A stretch of 35,738 nt of DNA from a virus (Duplodnaviria; Caudoviricetes), in the IMG/VR virus record IMGVR_UViG_3300044855_000299, positions 1-35,738 of that record. One strand, given 5' to 3'. Under the pieces are notes generated by a model. It was not told the DNA's origin, ran no database searches, and saw only the letters and a list, made by a program, of their open reading frames with translations. Both the position numbers and the translations under genes were made by a program. Shown here piece after piece: positions 19,306-29,116 of the stretch (its first letter is position 1; each line of letters opens with the position of its first letter).

Positions 19306-20208
19306 ATGTCGTATATCAGCAGAGGCAACCCTTACGGGTTTTTTGAAAAGCAAACATTTTCTCCAGATGGAATTCTCGACACTTTTACATTAAATTATCG
19401 TCCGGGTCAAAGTGGCGCTCTATTAGTAGTTTATGGTGGTGCTATCCAAGAACCAGGGACTTCTTACATTTTAATAGACGGTGGCAGAAAGATAAAATTC
19501 ACCTTCATACCAGAAGCTGGGCAACTTTTATATGTACTATATCTAGGTAGAGAACTTTCGATACCCACAGTTTCGGGCAATTACCCTATTCATGAAACTG
19601 CGATAGGTGATGGACTCAATACACACTTTACTTTACCTGTAACACCAGCTGAAGCCGCTTTAATGGTTTACATAGACGGGATATTAAAAGGATTCGGCGA
19701 ACATTGGACTCTTGTGGGTAACCAAGTTGCTTTCATAACTCCACCTTTAGTTGGCGCGAAAATTGATTTTTACATTCATGGCGTAGAAAGACTTGATGTA
19801 AGTACGGTTGACGACGGTTCGATTACAGCATCTAAGTTAAATCTTTTCTATCTACCGTTTACACCAAGTATCATTACCTTCAACGGAATGAATCACACAA
19901 CTCCAAGTTTTACTGTTTCAAAATTTTTACCTCTCGGCAATTTTGTCAAATTGCGATTATTGTTTAGCACTACATTTTCTGACGTTCCTCATAATACTGT
20001 GCGGTTTACGTTGCCTCCAGGTTATGAAAATGACGGCTCTGGGCTTGTATCAGGTAGTGTAACATTGTCTAATTCTAGCACTCTAGAAACAGGTATTTTG
20101 CGTTGGGGTAGTTTAAATTCAATTGATATTAAACGTCAAAATAACATCGATTATACGGTAGGGGATGCGTGGACGTTTGAAATCGCTCTGGATTATGATT
20201 TGGGGTAA
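19306..20208 (+). CDS. virion structural/fibre-associated protein
   Basis: Repeated (P/G)DG...F.L...V..G..Q modules as in cyanophage-type virion proteins. Confidence 0.65.
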   Translation: MSYISRGNPYGFFEKQTFSPDGILDTFTLNYRPGQSGALLVVYGGAIQEPGTSYILIDGGRKIKFTFIPEAGQLLYVLYLGRELSIPTVSGNYPIHETAIGDGLNTHFTLPVTPAEAALMVYIDGILKGFGEHWTLVGNQVAFITPPLVGAKIDFYIHGVERLDVSTVDDGSITASKLNLFYLPFTPSIITFNGMNHTTPSFTVSKFLPLGNFVKLRLLFSTTFSDVPHNTVRFTLPPGYENDGSGLVSGSVTLSNSSTLETGILRWGSLNSIDIKRQNNIDYTVGDAWTFEIALDYDLG

Positions 20209-20359
20209 TTTGTCATATCACAACGACTCTTGTCTCTGTAACAGCGAAAATAATAGTTGCGTATATTAAAATATTAAGTTTTTAAAAGAAAATCTTCAGT
20301 CGGTGGGCTTTCTCTTTTATTTCAACAGTTTAAAGTTTAAAATTATATATCGTCTGACT

Positions 20360-20367
20360 TATAAATA
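20360..20367 (+). promoter_or_regulatory. T4-type late promoter TATAAATA
   Basis: Exact consensus upstream of fibre gene 20405. Confidence 0.8.
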
Positions 20368-20404
20368 GTCAAAAACTAGGTCTAACATTTTAACATTAAT
20401 TATT

Positions 20405-23400
20405 ATGGGCGCTACGCAAATTACCGGAACACAGATAAGGGACGGCTCGGTACAAAGAAAAGACCTCGATGTTACTACGACGGGGCAGGCCGTTATAAGA
20501 AAAGTAATCGCAGGAAGTGGAATTAGTCTTTCTTGGACTGGCGTAGATGCGGGAACGGGGGATGTTACAATTAGCTCTACCGGAGGCGGTGGTGGAGGTT
20601 CGGGAATATCAACTCTTAACACTTTAACCGATTCAATTCAGACATTTGCGGTCGGTAATTCTGGTACAGACTTTGCCATTTCTAGTTCTGGTTCAGTTCA
20701 TACGTTTAACTTACCCGACGCTTCGGCTACGGCTAGAGGTTTAATTAGCACAGGAACGCAGGTAATTGCAGGTAGTAAAGACTTCACAGCAAATGCTAGA
20801 CCTACAGTGAGTGGCAATTACTATCGATTTGGCGTAAACGCTTACCCGGACATAACCGCAAATACAACTCGATACAATAAGATTATTGAATTGGAAGGCT
20901 CTAATCCCTTAATATCAGCAGGTGTAACTGATTCGGGATATAGAATAGCATTAGGAATCGAAAATTATTTCGATCATGTTGGATTCGCTGGAACTTTAAA
21001 TGAAAGCACTGGTATTTGGGCTAGAGTCGGAACAGACACGGCGTCGCCGACGGGTACGATCACTAATGTATATGCCGTAAAAGCTCAAATTCTTAAAGGA
21101 GCTAACGCAACACATACAAATGCTTTTGGGTTCTATGAATACAGCCAAGACTCAAACAGTAAAAACTATATGCAGAGTCCTCTAGGACTCAACACGACAA
21201 GTGTGTCTGCACAATTGCATGTGCAAACGAATGGCGCTGCACAAAGGGGCATACTTGTTCGAGGTTCTGCTTCGCAAACAGAAAACCTTCTTGAAATTCA
21301 AAATAATAGCTCAACGACCCTTTTTGCTGTTGACTCCTCCGGTACATTAACAGCCGGAACTATACCAGCAGCCAGAATAACGGGATTATCGACCGGAATT
21401 ACGAGTTTAAACGCACTCACCGAAGTAACACAGACTTTTGCAACAGGCACAGCAGGGGCAGACTTCGCAATCTCCAGCTCTGGCTCAACGCATACATTTA
21501 ATCTTCCCGACGCATCGGCGAGTAATAGAGGCTTAGTTACTACAGGATCCCAAACATTTGCCGGTGTTAAAACTTTTAACTCTGGAATAAGCATTGGTGC
21601 TGACTCTAATTTGGGCGGCTTTAAGCTCACTAACGTAGGCACTCCCGTATCAGCTAATGATGTCGCCACGAAAGCATACGTAGACTCAATCACGTTCCCG
21701 ATGGATGTTAAAAATTCCTGTAGAGTCGGAACAACTGCCAATATTACCCTTTCTGGTACGCAAACCATTGACGGCATTTCGGTTGTTGCTGGTGATCGAG
21801 TATTAGTAAAAAATCAAACAACTGGATCACAAAACGGCATTTATGTTGTTGCTTCAGGCGCGTGGTCTCGCTCATCAGACGCAGACTCTAGCGCAAAGGT
21901 TACTGCTAATATGTTTGTGTTTGTTTCCGAAGGTTCAACCCAAGCAGATACTCAATGGGTTTTGACAACTAACGATACTATCACACTTGACACAACTGCT
22001 TTAAATTTTGTGCAATTTGGCTCTTCGCCTGGTACTGGCATTAATACACTGAATGGTTTGTCGACTACATCTCAAACGTTTGCGGTTGGAACATCAGGGA
22101 CAGATTTTTCTATTTCCAGCTCTGGCTCAACGCATACATTTAATCTTCCTGACGCATCAGCGAGTAATAGAGGATTGATCACTACAGGAACCCAAACATT
22201 CGCCGGTACTAAAACGTTTAGTAGTAGTGATACATTTTTCCAAAATATTAGAGTAGGCACTATTTATCCGAGAAGCGGGGAAAATAACATCACGCTACTA
22301 ACAAGCAGCAGTGGTACTCTGTTTCTAAATGGTGGCACTCGTATTAACTTTGCATCCCAAAGTTTCGATTGGTCCATTAACGCCTTCACGCGCATGCAAT
22401 TTACTAATAATAGCTATTTACAAATTGGAAATCTAGGTGCTGCTCCCGGTGGAGGCTGGAATGCTCATTTACAAATAGCTTCACTTTCGGCAACAAATCG
22501 CGGTCTCGTAATTCAAGGCGCTTCGTCTCAAAGTGCAAATTTAATTGAGCTTCAAACTCATGCTTCAGCAACTGTCTTTTCTGTGAACCCATCCGGGGTT
22601 ACGACAATGGCAGAAGCAGTATGTAATACTATCAAAAATACTGGTAGCAATAATTTAGCTCTAACGACAACAAATGCACAAGATATTAACTTTAATACAA
22701 ATAATACGGCAAGGTGGACTATAAGCAGTAGTGGTCTTCTGTATAATAATACCAGTACAGCAAACCTTTCAATTATTGGCGATGCAGTTGGGCATGATAC
22801 TGCCAATTATGCACCACTCGGAGTTACGAGATCAGATACTTTAAACGATTTAACTTACATAGCATTTACTCGCTCCGGTAATGCCGTCTGGGGAATTGGA
22901 TACGGCACCGGAAACGAAAGAGTGCTATGCGGAGGAGTTGCTTCGGGTAAATCGTTTCACTCAAAGGATTTCACTTATAATCCTGGAATTAACAATGGCG
23001 AATTTAGAACAAAAGGTGACGCCTTTGCATTAAACATTAATGGCAGTGGAGATCGAAATACTTTTATCGATTTTTATAGTCGAAGTGGTGTTAATTATTA
23101 TGATGCAAGAATAATTAGAAGACCAGGCGCAACTGCGAATTTTGAGATAATCAATAACAGTGGTGGAATAACATTCTATACAAATGATCTATTACGATGG
23201 ACTATTAATTCTTCTGGCACGTTGACGTCATCCTCTGGTATCGGAATTTCATGTGCTGCGATTCAATGCTCTTCGGTGGAAGCTACCGGAGGAGCAACAT
23301 TCGGAGATGTTATCACTGTCAATAACTCGATTAGAGTCTACGGAATAAGAACGAGAAGTGGCTTTAGTGGGAGTTGGGGTAATAACCAGTTTAATATAGA

Positions 23401-23788
23401 CTGGACTGGCAGTGCTCAATTATGGATTGATGGTACTAACGTCGGAACTATTCAAATTGTATCAGACTACAGAGTAAAGAAAAATGTAGTCACGCAAACC
23501 GAAAATGCAATTGATAGAATTAAACAAATCAGACCAGTTACTTATCAAAGGGCAAATTACGGAGATATCTTTTTTGAGTCTGAGGAAATACGTGAAGGAT
23601 TCGTCGCACACGAATTAGCAGAAATAATTCCAAGCGCCGTAGAAGGTGAAAAAGATGCACCAAATCAAATACAATCGTTGAAACTCGATGCGCTGTGTTC
23701 GGTTCTGGTAAAAGCAGTACAGGAATTAACCTCAAAGGTAGAGCAGTTAGAAGAGCGTTTAAGTGTACTAGAGGGTAATAACGAATAA
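20405..23788 (+). CDS. long tail fibre with C-terminal intramolecular chaperone (peptidase S74-like)
   Basis: Gly/Ser/Thr-rich; three internal repeats; DRVLVKNQT...QNGIY module; SDYRVKKNV..., GFVAHEL, LVKAVQEL. Confidence 0.9.
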   Translation: MGATQITGTQIRDGSVQRKDLDVTTTGQAVIRKVIAGSGISLSWTGVDAGTGDVTISSTGGGGGGSGISTLNTLTDSIQTFAVGNSGTDFAISSSGSVHTFNLPDASATARGLISTGTQVIAGSKDFTANARPTVSGNYYRFGVNAYPDITANTTRYNKIIELEGSNPLISAGVTDSGYRIALGIENYFDHVGFAGTLNESTGIWARVGTDTASPTGTITNVYAVKAQILKGANATHTNAFGFYEYSQDSNSKNYMQSPLGLNTTSVSAQLHVQTNGAAQRGILVRGSASQTENLLEIQNNSSTTLFAVDSSGTLTAGTIPAARITGLSTGITSLNALTEVTQTFATGTAGADFAISSSGSTHTFNLPDASASNRGLVTTGSQTFAGVKTFNSGISIGADSNLGGFKLTNVGTPVSANDVATKAYVDSITFPMDVKNSCRVGTTANITLSGTQTIDGISVVAGDRVLVKNQTTGSQNGIYVVASGAWSRSSDADSSAKVTANMFVFVSEGSTQADTQWVLTTNDTITLDTTALNFVQFGSSPGTGINTLNGLSTTSQTFAVGTSGTDFSISSSGSTHTFNLPDASASNRGLITTGTQTFAGTKTFSSSDTFFQNIRVGTIYPRSGENNITLLTSSSGTLFLNGGTRINFASQSFDWSINAFTRMQFTNNSYLQIGNLGAAPGGGWNAHLQIASLSATNRGLVIQGASSQSANLIELQTHASATVFSVNPSGVTTMAEAVCNTIKNTGSNNLALTTTNAQDINFNTNNTARWTISSSGLLYNNTSTANLSIIGDAVGHDTANYAPLGVTRSDTLNDLTYIAFTRSGNAVWGIGYGTGNERVLCGGVASGKSFHSKDFTYNPGINNGEFRTKGDAFALNINGSGDRNTFIDFYSRSGVNYYDARIIRRPGATANFEIINNSGGITFYTNDLLRWTINSSGTLTSSSGIGISCAAIQCSSVEATGGATFGDVITVNNSIRVYGIRTRSGFSGSWGNNQFNIDWTGSAQLWIDGTNVGTIQIVSDYRVKKNVVTQTENAIDRIKQIRPVTYQRANYGDIFFESEEIREGFVAHELAEIIPSAVEGEKDAPNQIQSLKLDALCSVLVKAVQELTSKVEQLEERLSVLEGNNE
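21473..22173 (+). repeat. intragenic direct repeat 21473-21531 / 22115-22173
   Basis: 57/59 nt identical by eye; a third, more diverged copy near 20680-20740. Confidence 0.85.
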
Positions 23789-23803
23789 GGTAATTTTCGG
23801 TGA

Positions 23804-23811
23804 TATAAATA
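23804..23811 (+). promoter_or_regulatory. T4-type late promoter TATAAATA
   Basis: Exact consensus in the intergenic region before ORF 23874. Confidence 0.75.
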
Positions 23812-23873
23812 TCCTGTAATAATCTCATTACGAGAAGCATTGAATATTTTAATGATTTTAACGGAGATTTTAA

Positions 23874-24098
23874 ATGAGCGAGCAAGCAGAGAAAAAGGAA
23901 ATTACTTTACCGGAAGTTTCAAAAGCTATTGAAATTGTTGGAGTTTTACTCAATCAAATTACCATTCCAGCAAATCGTGCTCAAGAGTTTGCTCTTTTGA
24001 CTTCAACTTTAGGTGAACTTAAAGCTTTCGTTGATGGTAAAATCAATGAAAATGCACCTGAAGTTGCGGAGGAAGTGATCAATACTCCTGAGTCTTAA
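23874..24098 (+). CDS. hypothetical acidic protein
   Basis: GGAG SD, late promoter, 74 aa. Confidence 0.7.
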   Translation: MSEQAEKKEITLPEVSKAIEIVGVLLNQITIPANRAQEFALLTSTLGELKAFVDGKINENAPEVAEEVINTPES

Positions 24099-24171
24099 CA
24101 TATCGGACACTTCATCGTTCCAAAGCGTTTAAGCATAAATAAAAAACACTTTATTAACTTAAACGCGAAAG

Positions 24172-24179
24172 CATAAATA
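24172..24179 (+). promoter_or_regulatory. late promoter variant CATAAATA (second copy at 24134-24141)
   Basis: One mismatch to consensus; immediately before ORF 24183. Confidence 0.5.
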
Positions 24180-24182
24180 GAG

Positions 24183-24443
24183 ATGTTATTAAGTGAGACT
24201 TTTCAGATGATACTTAAAGAAGCACAAGACGTTACCCCAATTCATAGTGATGTTGATATCGATTCATCGGTAAAAGCAATTCGCGTGGGTCATAGCGGAG
24301 ATCTTGTGGTTCTTTTATCAAAAGATAGCACTCCAGTCACATTAGAAAACGTCGGTCCAAACGACCCGATTTTACAGTTTATAAGAATAAAGAAGATTTT
24401 CAAAGCAGGAACAACTGCGAAAAATATTATTGCTTTAAAGTAA
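24183..24443 (+). CDS. head spike-base-like protein (RcGTA Rcc01079 family-like)
   Basis: VTP..SD....KAIRVG.SGDLVV....VT..NV...IL...RIKKI...GTTA.NIIAL pattern. Confidence 0.65.
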   Translation: MLLSETFQMILKEAQDVTPIHSDVDIDSSVKAIRVGHSGDLVVLLSKDSTPVTLENVGPNDPILQFIRIKKIFKAGTTAKNIIALK

Positions 24444-24508
24444 CAGTAAAATCAAGTGAGTGGTGCTTAAAATCATCTGAAGCAAAAACTAAGTGTGAGA
24501 GGAACGAA

Positions 24509-25048
24509 ATGCTTCAGCCCCCAGTGACAGATGTTGTTTGTAAGGAAAGTGTGGGAATTTGGTCTCATCTGCATACATTTGCAATATCGACGATTGCTGT
24601 GTTTGCGCCATTAAAGAGCGTAATGTTTGCTCTTTTATTTCTCGTCTCAGTCGATGTTATCACCGGCATTTGGGCTGCAATTGTTACAAATAAACCTCTT
24701 ACCTCTCGAAGACTTGCCCGTACAATAGTAAAAACGTTTGTTTATCTTACCACTATTTGCGTAGTTCATGTGGCAAACAAATACTTACTCTCGGCTGGAG
24801 AATTTAGTCTACCTTTGGACACGCTCATCGTCGGTTTTATTGCTCTCACTGAACTAAAATCAATACTTGAAAATCTGCAAAAAATTCAGAAACAACCTCT
24901 TCTTCAATTTGTAATTGATAGAATCGCGTCTGATTCTTCAAGGGCGCTTGAGCAAATAGAACCCGAAGACAAACCTGAGATACAGCCTAAGACAAAGCCT
25001 AAGACACCAAAGGAGAAAAAAGGTGGCACTTCCAACCGACAGAAATAG
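24509..25048 (+). CDS. holin (phage holin 4 family-like)
   Basis: TM helices; DVITG, LTSRRL..TIVK, ELKSILENL; basic C-terminal tail. Confidence 0.8.
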   Translation: MLQPPVTDVVCKESVGIWSHLHTFAISTIAVFAPLKSVMFALLFLVSVDVITGIWAAIVTNKPLTSRRLARTIVKTFVYLTTICVVHVANKYLLSAGEFSLPLDTLIVGFIALTELKSILENLQKIQKQPLLQFVIDRIASDSSRALEQIEPEDKPEIQPKTKPKTPKEKKGGTSNRQK

Positions 25049-26009
25049 TTTAATTAAATTCTGTCTTCAGGAACTCGGCGCTCCAGTCATTCAAATAAAC
25101 CTTGATGAGGAGCAAATTGAGAATCAGGTAGACAAGGCTTTAGAACTCTTTAAAGAGTACCACATTGATGGTACAGCCATCTACTATAAAGCTTTCAAGG
25201 CTGAGGGCTCTAAGCTAAAACTTGCCGCAACACCCCCAAATGACTTTCAATATCGAGAAATCGTTCAAGGCTCAACGTCCGGTGCTCAAGGGCGAGTAGA
25301 AGCGTACGATAAGGCAAATAAAGAAATCACCTTTATATTTCCAGATCGCATATCCCCTAAGCATTTCGTAAATGGTGAGATTATTACAGGTAATCAATCG
25401 GGAGTAAATGCAACACTTGCCTCTAATGAGGCACAAATACTTGGTAGTATTGATAAGAAATATCTCGACCTTCCTGACTCCGTTATAGGAATCATTGATG
25501 TTTTAAAATCTAGAAGCACTTTCGGTTCACACCCGATTAACCCATTTGATTTACAATATCAACTTGCACAGCAAGTGACTATTCATACATTTTTAAATGC
25601 TGATGTCGTTACGTACTACATGTATCAGCAAGATATATCACTTTGGGATCAGTTATTTACAGGAGTCAATCCTCATTGGCATTCACGCAAAGAAAACCGC
25701 CTTTATATACACACCAATTGGACTGAAGAATATAAAATTGGTCAATACATCGTCGTCAAATTTTGGGGAGCTGTAAAACCAGAAGACTTCCCTAAAGTGT
25801 ACGGCGATAAATGGATTAGAAAATACCTAACGGCACTGCTTCAGGTTCAGTGGGGGCGAAATCTCACCAAGTTTACTAATGTGGCTCTACCGGGTGGTAT
25901 TACGCTAAATGGGGAACAGATTCTTCTCTCCGGTGAAAAGGCTAAGGAGGAAGCTGAAATCGAATTGCGCTCGACTTACGAAATGAGAACCCCATTTAAA
26001 ATTGGGTAA
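25023..26009 (+). CDS. gp13: neck protein gp13-like
   Basis: LGAPVIQIN..EEQ, EYHIDG, W.RKY.TAL...QWG.NL.KF..V.LPGG.TLNG; GTG start with AGGAG. Confidence 0.93.
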   Translation: MALPTDRNSLIKFCLQELGAPVIQINLDEEQIENQVDKALELFKEYHIDGTAIYYKAFKAEGSKLKLAATPPNDFQYREIVQGSTSGAQGRVEAYDKANKEITFIFPDRISPKHFVNGEIITGNQSGVNATLASNEAQILGSIDKKYLDLPDSVIGIIDVLKSRSTFGSHPINPFDLQYQLAQQVTIHTFLNADVVTYYMYQQDISLWDQLFTGVNPHWHSRKENRLYIHTNWTEEYKIGQYIVVKFWGAVKPEDFPKVYGDKWIRKYLTALLQVQWGRNLTKFTNVALPGGITLNGEQILLSGEKAKEEAEIELRSTYEMRTPFKIG

Positions 26010-26018
26010 GAGTTTCGC

Positions 26019-26879
26019 ATGACAGCAAACAAATATTTCAATCTTTTTAAGAATAAAAGCGAGCAAAGCTTACTTGATAGTCTCATGAACGAGACTATTG
26101 CCATTCATGGAATGAACTGTATATACATTAAACGTTCCGGTCCTGTTGATCTCTTCTACGGCGAAGACCCTCTAGCAAAATTTACCAAATGGTTTGAAAT
26201 GGTTGCCTACATAAAAAATGTAGATGGCTTTAGTGGTAGGGCAATGATGCAGAAGTGGGGCATCACGATGGAGCAATCCATTACAATTCAAATAGGTAAA
26301 ACTGAATTTACTAGACAAGTTGGTACCGAGCTAGATCCCGTAAATAGGCCACGCGAGGGTGACTTATTATATTTCCCGTATGGTTTACCGGGTCAGTATC
26401 TCCTTGAAATTAAATATGTAACCGACAACGTACCGTTTGTTGAACTTGGGCGAGATTACCTTTACGAAATTGATTGTCGCATGTTCACGTACAGCAATGA
26501 GGACTTAGACACTGGCATCTCTGAAATTGATAATATCGAAGATGAAATCAAGCAGGGCATTGAAGTTGACCTTGGAAGCGGTACGGGGCAATTTGTTAAG
26601 AATGAAATAGTCTATCAAGGCTCCTCGTTTGCTAATTCAAAATTTAGAGCTGTTGTTAAGAATATCGACGGCTCAACCTTACACCTTTCAAACATAACCG
26701 GAACTCTGAACGAGAGTCTTCCACTGAAGGGTAACACATCGAATGCCAGCAGAGCCGTTGGAGGAGACCAACAAGACATCATCAATGATGCCTCAGCTCA
26801 AAACAAAATTATTCAAACAAAATCTGAGAATGTCGTAATAAAGAATTCGAGGAATCCTTTCGATAAGGGTAAGTTCTAA
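26019..26879 (+). CDS. gp14: neck protein gp14-like
   Basis: E.I.IHG....YI.R, RPREGDLLYFP, F.YS.E..DTG..EID, NPF. Confidence 0.92.
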   Translation: MTANKYFNLFKNKSEQSLLDSLMNETIAIHGMNCIYIKRSGPVDLFYGEDPLAKFTKWFEMVAYIKNVDGFSGRAMMQKWGITMEQSITIQIGKTEFTRQVGTELDPVNRPREGDLLYFPYGLPGQYLLEIKYVTDNVPFVELGRDYLYEIDCRMFTYSNEDLDTGISEIDNIEDEIKQGIEVDLGSGTGQFVKNEIVYQGSSFANSKFRAVVKNIDGSTLHLSNITGTLNESLPLKGNTSNASRAVGGDQQDIINDASAQNKIIQTKSENVVIKNSRNPFDKGKF

Positions 26880-27706
26880 TGTTTACACACTTTTATCATG
26901 GGACACTAGAAAAGGTTACAAAAGCGTTCGGTACGCTCTTTAATCGTATCTTTGTGGTCAAATATGATGAAAGCGGAGAGGAGATTGAAAGAAACTTAGT
27001 ACCCATAAACTATGCCACTAGACACGCCTATATTGCTCGTCTGGAGTCGCAACCCGACCTTGAAGACTCACTCTACGTCGAGGCTAAGTTCCCACGTCTT
27101 GCATATGAAATCGTAGCCATTACGTACGATGGAAATAGGAAGCTAAACACAATCCATCGAAATGCTGGAAGTGTGAATCCAGATGGCAGTCGTAATGTTG
27201 CTTACAATTCAGTAGCTTATAATATTGATTTCGTGCTGACTATAATTGCTAAACATGTGGTCGACGCAAATCAAATCTTAGAGCAGATTCTTCCTTACTT
27301 CACGCCCTCTTATACCATAAAAATCAATTCGATACCTGAAATGGGCTACGAAGAAAACGTCACCATCGAACTTAACGGAATCGGTATATCAGATAACTAC
27401 CAAGATGAACTCAACGTTCAGCAGCGACAAGTTCGCTACGAATTAAGTTTTACGGCTAAAGCATGTTTTCATGGACCAGTCGAAACTGCTAAAATCATTA
27501 AGAAAGTACAGGTTGATATCTCGACGCCGAGAGATTTCGACGAAGCTATTCTCGAAAAAACGCCAAGAAAGGCCAGAGCCACTATAGAGACCGACCCACC
27601 CGATGCTGATCCTGGAGATGATTTTGGATACACGGAAACATGGCAAGAGTTTAATGACAACAAAAAGTATAATCCTGTAACCGGCACAGACGAAGAGATC
27701 ACTTAG
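26879..27706 (+). CDS. gp15: tail sheath stabiliser/terminator gp15-like
   Basis: FYH......AFGTLFN, VPI.Y, PR..YE....YD..RKL, QILEQILPYF.P. Confidence 0.93.
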   Translation: MFTHFYHGTLEKVTKAFGTLFNRIFVVKYDESGEEIERNLVPINYATRHAYIARLESQPDLEDSLYVEAKFPRLAYEIVAITYDGNRKLNTIHRNAGSVNPDGSRNVAYNSVAYNIDFVLTIIAKHVVDANQILEQILPYFTPSYTIKINSIPEMGYEENVTIELNGIGISDNYQDELNVQQRQVRYELSFTAKACFHGPVETAKIIKKVQVDISTPRDFDEAILEKTPRKARATIETDPPDADPGDDFGYTETWQEFNDNKKYNPVTGTDEEIT

Positions 27707-27724
27707 AAGGTAATGTTATCTGAA

Positions 27725-27781
27725 AGGATGCTTTTGTTACATTTATTCTACGTATTGTAGTTTAAATTAATAAAGCATCCT
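27725..27781 (+). promoter_or_regulatory. long imperfect hairpin ending at the start codon of ORF 27782
   Basis: aggatgcttt (27725-34) / aaagcatcct (27772-81) perfect 10 bp, with further inner pairing to ctac/gtag. Confidence 0.65.
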
Positions 27782-28021
27782 ATGAGTAAGAAGAAAACAA
27801 ATCTTGAAACACTTGAAGCAAAGCTAACACAGCACCTCCAAGCACTAGAAGCCATGTTTCCGAAAGGTATAAACATTTCAATTATCGGAACCGATACAAC
27901 TGGCGCTCAACGTGAATTTGTAATCAGTTCAGAGACTCCAGCTAATCTCATTAGCGCACTAAAGCGAACTACAAAGCGAATAGCTCAAGAGGATAAAGAA
28001 CAAAAGGGTAAAAGACTATAA
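27782..28021 (+). CDS. hypothetical protein
   Basis: 79-aa ORF after gp15. Confidence 0.65.
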   Translation: MSKKKTNLETLEAKLTQHLQALEAMFPKGINISIIGTDTTGAQREFVISSETPANLISALKRTTKRIAQEDKEQKGKRL

Positions 28022-28027
28022 GCCAGA

Positions 28028-28411
28028 TTAAATCCGATTTAAAAATCCTTTAATAAAGGATATTTGCATTAAATCAATGGCACCACTTCGACTTTCATTC
28101 ATACCAGCCTCTATAAGATTAACTACAAGTGTCAAACCTACGCTAAGTATAATCAAAGAGACTGTTATGAAATGTTTAAATAATGCCCTCGAAGGGGTAA
28201 TAGGGGTATTCTTCTGTATTCTGAATAGGGGAGTTTTATGTCCCCCATTACTATGCCGAAATATTATAAATTCCCCTGCACGAGTCTGAGACATCGAAAC
28301 AGTTGAACCTCGGCGAACTTGTTCATCCAGAAGCTGATTTGCCACGCTATACGCATCGCCCATCACCTCAGCGACGATTTCTCCAGTTTGGGGATCAATT
28401 ACATATATCAT
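28028..28411 (-). CDS. hypothetical membrane-anchored protein
   Basis: 127 aa with a C-terminal hydrophobic helix; own sigma70 promoter. Confidence 0.65.
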   Translation of the reverse strand: MIYVIDPQTGEIVAEVMGDAYSVANQLLDEQVRRGSTVSMSQTRAGEFIIFRHSNGGHKTPLFRIQKNTPITPSRALFKHFITVSLIILSVGLTLVVNLIEAGMNESRSGAIDLMQISFIKGFLNRI

Positions 28412-28417
28412 AATTTT

Positions 28418-28446
28418 ATTATATCACGCCCCTCGTAAGACTTCAA
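28418..28446 (-). promoter_or_regulatory. sigma70-type promoter TTGAAG-N17-TATAAT with extended TG
   Basis: Near-perfect consensus; the -10 ends 6 nt before the ATG at 28411. Confidence 0.8.
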
Positions 28447-28487
28447 ACATTATTTATCGCAACATCAAAAAAAGTAAATGTGAGCCT

Positions 28488-29093
28488 ATGCTCCAAAGTT
28501 TTACAATCAAATTCATGAAATACTACAGAATCGGCCAGCTACCAAAACATCTTTATCTTTATGTCGATACACATTTCACTCATAAAGAGTCTATAGGATA
28601 TCAGCCATGTATTTGGTTCGGCCTTGTCTCATACCCATCAAGAGCATGGGGCGCTAATCTACTACTAGAAAGCGGTGCCATATATCGGAATGTTCCACTT
28701 CATGCTCTATCTTACATCAAAGAAGCTAACCCATGGTCATTAGAAAAAGCTCAGCTTTACAATTGCTATTCTGACCAGTTTACAATCCTCGAATACGACT
28801 ACCTCTCAGGTATGAAGTGTGCTGTCAAAATAACAAACAATGCCCTTTGTCCTATGCTCATCGGCCATTATCTTTTCACCGTAGCACCACTGCACGACGG
28901 CTTCTCCGATGAGCCAGAACAAAATAAAGAATTAAAATTCATCGCACTAGAAAATGGTAGAATAACAGTTCAGCCGACTAATTACTTGAAATTTGAAGAT
29001 GTAAGCTTCACCTCAAAGATAAAAGATGATGTCACTCTACCAAAAGGGCTGAAATGCCAAAAGGAAATCTATCGAGCAGACGAAGGACTATAA
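28488..29093 (+). CDS. conserved hypothetical phage protein
   Basis: WFG..S.P.RA, LE.GAIY..VP.HAL, EQNK, LENG....QPTN pattern; true start may be 28515. Confidence 0.7.
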   Translation: MLQSFTIKFMKYYRIGQLPKHLYLYVDTHFTHKESIGYQPCIWFGLVSYPSRAWGANLLLESGAIYRNVPLHALSYIKEANPWSLEKAQLYNCYSDQFTILEYDYLSGMKCAVKITNNALCPMLIGHYLFTVAPLHDGFSDEPEQNKELKFIALENGRITVQPTNYLKFEDVSFTSKIKDDVTLPKGLKCQKEIYRADEGL

Positions 29094-29116
29094 TGTGATA
29101 TACTTTAATTAATTGT

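Noticed and set aside
20405-23788. Diversity-generating retroelement TR/VR pair in the fibre repeats
   Set aside because: No reverse transcriptase in the window; repeats are in-frame and internal, with synonymous differences
979-27702. Numerous short antisense or alternate-frame ORFs inside structural genes
   Set aside because: Shadows of well-supported genes, with no motifs or RBS
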